The position numbers and the translations under genes were made by a program. Shown here in pieces: positions 25,694 to 33,708 of a DNA stretch of 64,000 bases (position 1 is its first letter; each line of letters opens with the position of its first letter). The stretch spans positions 89,159 through 153,158 of the forward strand of contig OW818634.1 of the NCBI GenBank assembly GCA_942492765.1, written 5' to 3'. The notes under the pieces were generated by a model. The model did not search any database and was not told the DNA's origin. It worked only from the letters and a program-made list of their open reading frames with translations. Source of the DNA: an uncultured bacterium. GTDB taxonomy: Bacteria; Patescibacteriota; Patescibacteriia; Patescibacteriales; UBA12465.

Positions 25694-25950
25694 ATCGATA
25701 AGTTGTTGGGTTCTTTTAATCAATTCCGAGACCGGGTAAAACCGGAAAAGACCGAAGAAGATTATTTACGGATATTTAAGCCGAGGAAAACTGTTTAATT
25801 GAGGTGCGCCTTAATTAGCACTCCGCTGACATATCAACCCATGATAGGGATAAAAATCCGATACGGTCACTAGACCGAGAATTTTCTAAGTGAACTCCTG
25901 CGCCTTGAGCCCAGGACTGATAAACTTAGAATCTTCTCGGTTCTTTTTTT
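25694..25950 (+). ncRNA. Candidate structured ncRNA C (~255 nt), family not identified
   Basis: No ORF. It ends in an extended hairpin 25875-25890/25925-40 (14 of 16 positions paired) that encloses an inner stem (uccug...cagga), followed by T-rich 25941-25950. Internal helices: 25797-25804/25809-25816 (8 bp, UGCG loop), 25732-25735/25742-25745, and long-range 25707-25712/25836-25841. Confidence 0.45.
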
Positions 25951-25980
25951 ATTTAATTTTAGTATAAGTTTACTTATCTA

Positions 25981-26009
25981 TTGACAAATATTTTATTATG
26001 TGATAATAT
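25981..26009 (+). promoter_or_regulatory. Near-consensus sigma70-type promoter driving candidate ncRNA B
   Basis: TTGACA (25981-25986), a 17-nt spacer, then TAATAT (26004-26009). The spacer is almost identical to the promoter at 20979-21007. Confidence 0.6.
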
Positions 26010-26015
26010 ATAACC

Positions 26016-26330
26016 ATAAACATAAAATATATTTTTATGTATAAAATGTTTTGCTGGCGGCGCCCTCGGGGTATCGCAGTAATCTAAGTTCTTCTCAGTT
26101 CATAAATCCTCTCATTCAAAACAGCTAGAAAATCTAGCTATGGTAAAAATCAAGGGACGTAAATTCCTACAGCAAACTATTGTGTAATTAAGAACTATAA
26201 TATTAGTTGTAAATTCAATAGCACGCTAGCATCGGAACAAGTCCAGAAAAATTACAAAATTTAGAGAGGTATCAATCACATCGGGCGGGGCCCAAATTTG
26301 GACCGGTAGTCACAAGCTACCGGTTTTTTT
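26016..26330 (+). ncRNA. Candidate structured ncRNA B (~315 nt), family not identified
   Basis: Bounded by the promoter above and by the hairpin accggtag (26302-26309) / ctaccggt (26317-26324) plus T7. Stops occur in all frames. Helices: 26020-26027/26033-26040, 26123-26129/26133-26139, 26177-26182/26216-26221 enclosing 26193-26197/26204-26208, and long-range cctctc (26108-26113) / gagagg (26264-26269). Confidence 0.5.
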
Positions 26331-27189
26331 ATTTGCTTATCAACCCGATCATCAGGCTGCAGGCGATGGCTAGTCCGGCGCCGAAGTATTGGATCTTATT
26401 GACCTTCTCTTTGTTAAAGACTACGCCGAGGATTAGAGCGATGACCACGAAGCTCTCGGTGATGGCGACAGTGATGGATAGTTCCTTTTCGGCGACCGCC
26501 AAGACATAGAAGACCCAAGCTGCCGTATCTACGATAACCATGGCCAGAATGAGTTTCCAATTGATCCGGCAAACCTTAAAGAACGGAGATAGTGTTTGAC
26601 GGCTGATGATATACCCGAAACTGAAGAGGCCGCAGGTCAGCCACGGCAACCATAAGGCCATAATCGGACTAATTTCTTTAGCTTGAGTAGCGGTCAAGAA
26701 GTTTACTAGAGCGACCAAAGCCGATGACAATAGGGCTAATAAAGACCCCTTCTCTAAGAAATCTTTCTTGTTAATCTTCGTAAAATCGACGGATACCAAG
26801 ATAATGCCGATGAATAAGATAATGATCAGAATCACCTGCGTTAGATTCAGTCTTTCCGCGAAGAAGATTATACCCAGCAGGATGGTCAAAGGCAACTCTA
26901 CTGATAGGATTATTTCTACCACCGAGAGCTTGCCGACATGCAGAGCTTTCATATGGACGAAACCGCTGGCAAAGCCAGCTATTCCTAAAATAACCAAATT
27001 GATTATCTGTCTCGGAGCGAGTGATGATATGTCATTAAAGACAAAGGGCAGCAAGGCAAAAGAGCTGAAAAGCGTTATCCAGAACAAGGTTCCGACTGTG
27101 CCAATTTTTCTGACGGTCCTTTGAATCAGAAAATCTCCGATTCCCCAGCCGAGCATAGCCCCGAAAGCGAATAAGATTGGTAGAGTCAT
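26329..27189 (-). CDS. EamA/DMT-superfamily transporter
   Basis: 286 aa with ~10 TM helices in two EamA-like halves. Confidence 0.8.
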   Translation of the reverse strand: MTLPILFAFGAMLGWGIGDFLIQRTVRKIGTVGTLFWITLFSSFALLPFVFNDISSLAPRQIINLVILGIAGFASGFVHMKALHVGKLSVVEIILSVELPLTILLGIIFFAERLNLTQVILIIILFIGIILVSVDFTKINKKDFLEKGSLLALLSSALVALVNFLTATQAKEISPIMALWLPWLTCGLFSFGYIISRQTLSPFFKVCRINWKLILAMVIVDTAAWVFYVLAVAEKELSITVAITESFVVIALILGVVFNKEKVNKIQYFGAGLAIACSLMIGLISK

Positions 27190-27192
27190 AGA

Positions 27193-29715
27193 TTATTTTA
27201 AATATTCTTTCAGATATTTCCCGGTAATGCTGGCTGGCTCGCGCGCGATGTCCTCGGGCGCGCCGCTAGCGACTAAGCGTCCGCCCTCTTCTCCGCCTTC
27301 CGGCCCGAGGTCGATGATATAATCCATGGCTTTGAGCATGTGCATATTATGCTCAATCACTAGGACTGAGTTCCCTTTCTCTACTAGCTTGTTCAAGACC
27401 GAGAGCAGCATATCAATATCATGGTAATGCAGCCCGGTCGTCGGTTCATCTAATAAATAAAGAGTGCGTTTTCCTAAAGTATGCGTCAGCTCTTTGGCGA
27501 TCTTGATGCGCTGGGCTTCGCCGCCCGATAAGGTTGTCGCGCTCTGGCCGATCTTCAGATAGCCGAGGCCGACAGATTGCAGAACTTTTAACTTATCGGT
27601 GATAAAATAATTGCCCTCGAAATGTTCAATCGCTTCATCAATGGTTGAATCCAGAACTTCGGCGATATTCTTGCCTTTATATTTAACTTGCAGAGTTTCA
27701 CGGTTGAAACGCTTGCCGCGACAGACTTCGCATTCAACCAGCACTGGCGGCAGGAAATGCATCTCAATCAGGTTAGCTCCGGCGCCTTCGCAGGCCTCAC
27801 AGCGGCCGCCTGGACGATTAAAGGAGAAGCGGCCGATAGAATAACCGCGTTCGCGGGATTCAGGAAGTGAGGCAAAGAAATCGCGAATCGGGGTGAAGAT
27901 ACCGGTATAGGTCGCGGGGTTAGAGCGCGGCGTGCGGCCGATCGGCGATTGGTCGATGACGACTACTTTATTGATATATTCCGCTCCTTTGATTTCTTTG
28001 ACGCGTTCTAGCTTGGCATTGCCTGGGCGATTCTTGATATGGGTGATATTCCTATAGATGACTTCATATAATAGCGAAGACTTTCCGCCTCCGGAAACGC
28101 CGCTGATGCCGACGAGACGGCCGAGCGGAATATCGACATTCAGATTCTTCAGATTATTCGCATAAGCGCCGCGGATGCGCAGGGTGCCGTGATTCTGCTC
28201 TCGACGCTTATTCGGAATCGCTATTTCTTTTTGGCCGTAAAGGTATTGCAACGTCAGGGATTTTTTTACAGCCTCTTTATTCTTCTCTTCTTTCAATAGA
28301 TCTTTAGTATTGCCGATAGCCACGACTTCTCCGCCATGAACGCCAGCGAGCGGACCGAGGTCGACTAGATAATCAGATTCCAGAATAGTCCTTTCGTCGT
28401 GTTCGACGATGATGACAGTATTATGCTTGTCGCGCAGAGCCTTGAGCGTTTCTATCAAGCGGTCAGTATCGCGTTCATGCAACCCGATAGTCGGTTCATC
28501 AAGGACATATAGAGTCCGGGACAGATGCGAACCGATTTGCGAAGACAGGCGGATGCGCTGAGCCTCGCCGCCTGATAAGGTATGCGCTTCGCGCTCCAGG
28601 GACAGATAATTCAATCCGACTTTCAATAAGAACTCTAAACGGCTGATGATCTGGATAACGACGTTCTCGGCGATAATGCGCTGGCGTTTCGTCATCTTTT
28701 CGTAATAAGAATTGAAGAAGGCTAGGGTCTTTTTTAAAGGAAGCTCGCAAACGGCGGCGATGTTCTTGTTATTAATCCTGACTGACAAGGCTTCTGGGCG
28801 CAGGCGCTGGCCATGGCATTCCGGGCATGGCTCCTCGCTGAAGAAATCCACGCGGCCTAAGCCGGTGCATTCCGGGCAAGCGCCATGAGGAGAATTGAAG
28901 GAGAATAAGCGCGGCTCAACTTCCGGGAAAGAGAAATTATCATTCGGGCAGGTCCAATTTGCGGATAATAAGAATTCTTGATCCTTGAATTTGGCAATCA
29001 AAAGCCCTTTGCTATATTCGAGAGAATTCTCGACGGCTTCGAAGAGGCGTGTCTGGTCATTTAACATCACCTTGTCGATGACGATGTCGATATCATGCTT
29101 TTGTTTAGGAGCCAGCTTAACCTGTTCGCGCAGCGAATGGAATTTTCCATCAATGCGGGATTCGCCATAGCCGAGCGACAGATAATTATATAGGAGCTGA
29201 TAATATTCGCCTTTGCGATCGCGGACAACCGGAGATAGGATAGTCACGTATTCCTCCTTTAAGTCAGTGCCGCGATTAATGATAATATCTACCATTTCTT
29301 CAACGGTCAGCTTCTCAATTTTCGTGCCGCAGACCGGACAGAAGACTTCACCGACTCGGGCGTAAAGCACGCGCAAGTAATCATAGATATCAGTCAACGT
29401 CCCGACGGTGGAACGCGGATTATGAGAGAGAGCTTTCTGGTCGATAGATATGGAAGGCGCTAGACCGATCATCTCGTCAACGTCAGCCGGCTTCTTCTGA
29501 CCTAGGAATTGACGCATATAGGGCGATAAAGACTCGACGTACTGTCTCTGCCCTTCCGCAAAGATCGTATCAAAAGCCAGCGACGATTTGCCACTGCCAG
29601 AGACGCCGGTAATGACCGTCAGCTTATTGTGCGGTATTTCCAGGTTGATATTCTTAAGATTATGCGTCCGTGCGCCGCGGATAATCAGTTTTTCAGTTTT
29701 ATCTTTTTCAGGCAT
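27193..29715 (-). CDS. uvrA: Excinuclease ABC subunit A, lacking the insertion domain
   Basis: 840 aa. Two ABC modules ([50 protein letters not shown]) and zinc modules. The CPECTGLG and [10 protein letters not shown] halves are only 13 residues apart (codons at 28816-28878). Confidence 0.95.
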   Translation of the reverse strand: MPEKDKTEKLIIRGARTHNLKNINLEIPHNKLTVITGVSGSGKSSLAFDTIFAEGQRQYVESLSPYMRQFLGQKKPADVDEMIGLAPSISIDQKALSHNPRSTVGTLTDIYDYLRVLYARVGEVFCPVCGTKIEKLTVEEMVDIIINRGTDLKEEYVTILSPVVRDRKGEYYQLLYNYLSLGYGESRIDGKFHSLREQVKLAPKQKHDIDIVIDKVMLNDQTRLFEAVENSLEYSKGLLIAKFKDQEFLLSANWTCPNDNFSFPEVEPRLFSFNSPHGACPECTGLGRVDFFSEEPCPECHGQRLRPEALSVRINNKNIAAVCELPLKKTLAFFNSYYEKMTKRQRIIAENVVIQIISRLEFLLKVGLNYLSLEREAHTLSGGEAQRIRLSSQIGSHLSRTLYVLDEPTIGLHERDTDRLIETLKALRDKHNTVIIVEHDERTILESDYLVDLGPLAGVHGGEVVAIGNTKDLLKEEKNKEAVKKSLTLQYLYGQKEIAIPNKRREQNHGTLRIRGAYANNLKNLNVDIPLGRLVGISGVSGGGKSSLLYEVIYRNITHIKNRPGNAKLERVKEIKGAEYINKVVVIDQSPIGRTPRSNPATYTGIFTPIRDFFASLPESRERGYSIGRFSFNRPGGRCEACEGAGANLIEMHFLPPVLVECEVCRGKRFNRETLQVKYKGKNIAEVLDSTIDEAIEHFEGNYFITDKLKVLQSVGLGYLKIGQSATTLSGGEAQRIKIAKELTHTLGKRTLYLLDEPTTGLHYHDIDMLLSVLNKLVEKGNSVLVIEHNMHMLKAMDYIIDLGPEGGEEGGRLVASGAPEDIAREPASITGKYLKEYLK

Positions 29716-29760
29716 ATTTGGCTTATTTTAGTGGTTTTATGTGATATTTATTCGTATATC

Positions 29761-29789
29761 TTGACATTTTATGATATTTGTAGTATAAT
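29761..29789 (+). promoter_or_regulatory. Consensus sigma70-type promoter upstream of the small ORF at 29837
   Basis: TTGACA (29761-29766), a 17-nt spacer, then TATAAT (29784-29789). Confidence 0.55.
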
Positions 29790-29836
29790 AATGGCAGTAA
29801 ATTGACATTTGAATATTAACTTAAATCCTTACGAAC

Positions 29837-30136
29837 ATGATAGAAGTAGTAACTAAAAAGATGTCTAAATCTGTTAGGCTTTATCGATCCTCTTTTGTAT
29901 ACGCAGTAATTGCTGCTGTATCATTTGGTGTAAATATCTCGTTAATTTGTTTTTCTAAGGTTGTTACGGACATCCGTACGTATTCCATAATTTGTTTTTT
30001 TTCGGTTTTGTTTATGTATTCTTTACTATTATTTATACTAACAATAGTTGAATTCTATCTTCAAAAGAAGCAAGAAATGAAAGAGGGAGATAAGAAAGAG
30101 CTATTAGAAAAGTTAATAAAAATATTAGAATCATAA
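29837..30136 (+). CDS. Hypothetical small 2-TM membrane protein with a charged C-terminal helix, in an AT-rich islet
   Basis: A 99-codon open frame in very AT-rich DNA, where stops should be frequent. Two hydrophobic helices (FVYAVIAAVSFGVNISLICF; IICFFSVLFMYSLLLFILTIV) and the tail QKKQEMKEGDKKELLEKLIKILES. No clear Shine-Dalgarno sequence. Confidence 0.4.
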   Translation: MIEVVTKKMSKSVRLYRSSFVYAVIAAVSFGVNISLICFSKVVTDIRTYSIICFFSVLFMYSLLLFILTIVEFYLQKKQEMKEGDKKELLEKLIKILES

Positions 30137-30188
30137 CGAGATTAACGTTCTTTAAAGCTATTATCTTAACCGATAGTAGCTTTTTTAT

Positions 30189-30764
30189 TTACGCAAACGG
30201 ATTCGGATCAGAAAAAGTTATACGATTAGTCCGATGATTTATGATATCAAAAGGCACGCCATATTTCTTATTATATAAAGTATCAACTGAGCAGAATAAG
30301 GCTTGCGCATAATTAAACCCTAATTTTCCACTGACAGATCTCACTTCCTTCTCCGACTTCCCCTCTACCTCAACATAAGGCTCAAGATAGGGCCACTCAT
30401 CAATAGTTACTTCTACATTATCTAAAATCCAGAGTTCGCGCCGGCTTTCCTGATAGGCTTTTGACTTGGCGCCGATCGCTTCTAGGAATTTAACGCCTTC
30501 AGCAAAATTATCAATCTTCAAACAGATTTCTTTTTGATCTTCTATCTTATCGCCATTAACGATTTTTAAGCTCATGGTCGTCTTGTCGCCTTCATCGCGT
30601 ACTCTGAGCCAGCCGCCAGGTATTTCGTGTCCGATTGGCAATTCAAAGACAATCCGTTTCATCAGGAAATCCGGCTTGATCAGAGTCGCTCCGACCTTAT
30701 TGAGGCGAGCTCTAATATCCTCTCTATTAATATCAATGAATGTGGCTTCGTATTCAGTGTTCAT
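30189..30764 (-). CDS. CYTH-domain protein (CyaB/class-IV adenylate cyclase / triphosphate-tunnel-like)
   Basis: 191 aa. N-terminal strand EYEATF (ExExK-type position, with T in place of K). Also WLRVRDEGD and RRELWILDNVEVTIDEWPYLEPYVEVEG. Confidence 0.7.
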   Translation of the reverse strand: MNTEYEATFIDINREDIRARLNKVGATLIKPDFLMKRIVFELPIGHEIPGGWLRVRDEGDKTTMSLKIVNGDKIEDQKEICLKIDNFAEGVKFLEAIGAKSKAYQESRRELWILDNVEVTIDEWPYLEPYVEVEGKSEKEVRSVSGKLGFNYAQALFCSVDTLYNKKYGVPFDIINHRTNRITFSDPNPFA

Positions 30765-30770
30765 ATTTTA

Positions 30771-31205
30771 TTATTTATATATTTGGCCGATCTTATATCT
30801 TTCAATCATTAAGGCCGTGCCCTCAAATAGCGGCTCGGGCAATTTATCTAGGTCAAACCATTCCCAGCGCACCCATTTTTCTGGTTCTGCTATTTTAAGA
30901 TCCCCTTCAACGCTATTAGCGATGAAGCCGACGTTGATATAATGCTTGCCTTTGTCCATTGCGCCCATCTCGTCAGCTAAAGATACAAGTTCTAAATTAG
31001 AAACATTTAGACCAGTCTCTTCTTTAGCCTCCCTTATGGCTGCCTCAGTCATAGTTTCCCCGAATTCTAGATGTCCGCCAGGAAAACTCCATGTTCCTTG
31101 TCCGTGCAGAGAGAGGCGCAGACCCAAGAGAACTCTTCCATTTTTATCTTTTATCATTACGCCGACACCCACTTTCGGTCGCAGACTATCTTTATCCGTA
31201 TTCAT
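30771..31205 (-). CDS. Nudix hydrolase (MutT-like)
   Basis: 144 aa with a canonical Nudix box GGHLEFGETMTEAAIREAKEETGL. Confidence 0.85.
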   Translation of the reverse strand: MNTDKDSLRPKVGVGVMIKDKNGRVLLGLRLSLHGQGTWSFPGGHLEFGETMTEAAIREAKEETGLNVSNLELVSLADEMGAMDKGKHYINVGFIANSVEGDLKIAEPEKWVRWEWFDLDKLPEPLFEGTALMIERYKIGQIYK

Positions 31206-31209
31206 ATCT

Positions 31210-31680
31210 TTATAATTTATGTTCGTAGAAATTAGTTATTCTCCCTTCGGTATATAAGCCGCTCTCAATGAATTTCCAGCCAGCCTTTTCGTAATAGCCC
31301 TTCAAATCGGTCATGAGATAGACTTTCTTGAAGCCAGCTTTCTTCGCTGTCGCCAGCAAAGCTGCTTGTAGGGCTTGGCCGACACCTCGACCGCGATATT
31401 TTTCTAAGACTAATAAGCAGCTCAGCCAAGGGCCTAAGTCCTGGCGATAGGGGTGATCGGCATTCCATAGGGATACAGTTCCAGCCGGCTGACCGTCGCA
31501 GAAAGCAATCAGGGTCTGCGGACATTTCTTTGTTATAGAATGTTCGGTCCGATAAATTATTTCTTTCAAGGTCCGGCCGTGGCGCTTAGCCCATTGCTTC
31601 CACATCCATTTAGAAACTAGCGGGATATATGCTGGGCAAAGTTTAAGATTTTTTACTGTAATTTTAGCTATTTTTTTCAT
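31210..31680 (-). CDS. GNAT-family N-acetyltransferase
   Basis: 156 aa. Acetyl-CoA-binding motif A region LLVLEKYRGRGVGQALQAALL. Confidence 0.8.
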   Translation of the reverse strand: MKKIAKITVKNLKLCPAYIPLVSKWMWKQWAKRHGRTLKEIIYRTEHSITKKCPQTLIAFCDGQPAGTVSLWNADHPYRQDLGPWLSCLLVLEKYRGRGVGQALQAALLATAKKAGFKKVYLMTDLKGYYEKAGWKFIESGLYTEGRITNFYEHKL

Positions 31681-31694
31681 AATGCTAGATTTTT

Positions 31695-33530
31695 TTATTT
31701 CTCAGCAGCATCAAGGAAGTCCTCAATTTTCTTATCGATATTTATCGGCGTGATCCCATGCTTCTTATTATATTCCAATTGCTTGACACGGCGACGTTCG
31801 GCTTCATTAATCGCTTTCTTCATAGAAACAGTCTTCTTGTCGGCATAGAGGATGATCTTGCCTTTGACGTTGCGCGCCGCGCGCCCCATGATCTGCATGA
31901 GCGAGGTTTCGCTGCGCAAGAAACCTTCTCGATCAGCATCTAGAATCGCTACGAGAGTTACTTCGGGCAGATCCAAACCTTCGCGCAACAGATTGACGCC
32001 GATAAGAACATCAAACTTCCCTTCTCGAAAACTCTTCAATATTTCAGTGCGTTCAAAAGTCTTGATATCGGAATGAAGATAATTTGATCTGAAGCCTTGG
32101 CCGTTCAAATAAGTATTAAGATCCTCAGCTTGTTTTTTAGTCAGAGTGTTGATAATAGCGCGTTCGCCCAGAGCCGCGATCTTTTTAACTTCGGCCATAA
32201 CGTCATTGATCTGGCTGTAATTCTCTTTCTTATTGAAAACCGGCCGGACCTCGATTTCCGGATCGACTAATCCGGTCGGACGGATGACTTGTTCAGCGAT
32301 TTGTTCGGAATGCTTCAATTCGAATTCGCCCGGAGTCGCGGTCGTAAATATCATCTGCCCGACGCGCGCTTCGAATTCGTTGAATTTCAAGGGGCGGTTA
32401 TCAAGAGCTGAGGGCAGGCGCCAACCGTATTGGATCAGGGTTTTCTTGCGGGCCTGATCGCCGTTATACATGCCTCTGATCTGAGGCACGGCAATATGCG
32501 ATTCATCTATGATTGTTAGAAAATCCGGCTTCCCGTCTTTCCAGGGGAAATAGGCTAATAGGGCGTCCGGCGCTTCGCCAGCCAGCTTGCCGGTCAGATG
32601 ACGCGAATAATTTTCAATGCCATGGCAATAACCTAAGGTTCGAAGCATTTCCATGTCATATTTAGTCCGCCTTTCTAAGCGTTCGGCTTCTAGGAGAAAA
32701 CCTTCTTTTTTAAAATAAGCTAAGCGGTCTTTCAGCTCTTCTTGGATATTTTTTATTGCGGCTTCAATCTGCGGTGTCGTGGAAACGAAGTGCTTAGGCG
32801 GAAAAACGACAATCTCTTCTAGATCGCCAATGATATTCTTCGTCGTATTGTCGATGATGGCTAAATCGCTGATAGCTTGGCCGTTAAGTTCTAGGCGATA
32901 AATGACATTCTCTGATTTCGGTCGGATCTCAAAGATATCACCGCGAACCCGGAACTGGCCGCGATCGATTTCCCCGCTCGTCCTTTCAAACTGGATTTTT
33001 ATTAATTGCTTGATGAGGTCGGCTCTGACCATCGGCTTCCCCTTTTCTAAGACTAACTTCGCTTCCAGATAGCTGGACGGCACGCCAAGATTATAAATGC
33101 AAGAGACTGAGGCGACGATGATGACGTCGCGGCGGGAAACGAGCGATGACGTCGCGGCATGGCGCAGACGGTCTATTTCCTGATTGATCATCGCCTCCTT
33201 ATCAATATAGGTATCAGTTATCGGCAGATAGGCTTCAGGTTGATAATAATCATAATAAGAAACGAAGTAATGGACGGCGTTTTCCGGGAAAAAATTCTTA
33301 TATTCGCGATAAAGCTGGGCAGCCAACGCTTTATTCGGAGCAATAACTAGCACGGGCTTATTGAATTCCTTGATAACGTTAGCGACGGTGAAGGTTTTGC
33401 CCGATCCGGTAACACCTAAAAGCGTTTGATAATTAAAACCCTTCTTCAGGCCCGCCTGGAGTTTTTTGATAGCCTCCGGCTGGTCGCCGGCGGGCTGAAA
33501 ATTAGATTTTAATTTGAATATCTTTTCCAT
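31695..33530 (-). CDS. uvrB: Excinuclease ABC subunit B, lacking the C-terminal UVR domain
   Basis: 611 aa. Helicase motifs (GVTGSGKTFT, DESH, MGRAARN). It ends 14 residues after the conserved HGITPINI segment. Confidence 0.95.
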   Translation of the reverse strand: MEKIFKLKSNFQPAGDQPEAIKKLQAGLKKGFNYQTLLGVTGSGKTFTVANVIKEFNKPVLVIAPNKALAAQLYREYKNFFPENAVHYFVSYYDYYQPEAYLPITDTYIDKEAMINQEIDRLRHAATSSLVSRRDVIIVASVSCIYNLGVPSSYLEAKLVLEKGKPMVRADLIKQLIKIQFERTSGEIDRGQFRVRGDIFEIRPKSENVIYRLELNGQAISDLAIIDNTTKNIIGDLEEIVVFPPKHFVSTTPQIEAAIKNIQEELKDRLAYFKKEGFLLEAERLERRTKYDMEMLRTLGYCHGIENYSRHLTGKLAGEAPDALLAYFPWKDGKPDFLTIIDESHIAVPQIRGMYNGDQARKKTLIQYGWRLPSALDNRPLKFNEFEARVGQMIFTTATPGEFELKHSEQIAEQVIRPTGLVDPEIEVRPVFNKKENYSQINDVMAEVKKIAALGERAIINTLTKKQAEDLNTYLNGQGFRSNYLHSDIKTFERTEILKSFREGKFDVLIGVNLLREGLDLPEVTLVAILDADREGFLRSETSLMQIMGRAARNVKGKIILYADKKTVSMKKAINEAERRRVKQLEYNKKHGITPINIDKKIEDFLDAAEK

Positions 33531-33649
33531 TTAATTTAAGGGGAATTGAGCTTGTTCTTATTAAATAAGGGGTTTTATCTTATAACAAATTTAAGTAATT
33601 GTAAATACATAATACCATATAATAAGAGGGATTTGAAGCGCTTAAACAT

Positions 33650-33678
33650 AAAAAAACCTCACTTTCGCGAGGTTTTTA
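33650..33678. terminator. Bidirectional intrinsic terminator downstream of the DHOD-like gene
   Basis: cctcac..gcgagg hairpin (33657-33672) flanked by A6 and T5. Confidence 0.55.
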
Positions 33679-33708
33679 CTGATAGTTTGGGGATGGTTTG
33701 GCTTACTG

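Noticed and set aside
25655-26328. Attempt to assign the RNAs in the 674-bp gap to tmRNA, SRP RNA or 6S RNA
   Set aside because: There is no GGGG...CCACCA acceptor pairing, no T-arm (GGUUCGAAUCC-like) and no plausible tag ORF for tmRNA. There is no GGAAG..AGCAGC helix-8 motif for SRP. I could not establish a 6S-like end-to-end rod with a central bubble by eye. The RNAs are left unclassified rather than forced.
29802-29830. Second TTGACA box 41 nt downstream of the 29761 promoter
   Set aside because: No acceptable -10 hexamer lies at 16-19 nt (atcctt). It is probably a repeat of the -35-like sequence or an operator, not a second promoter.
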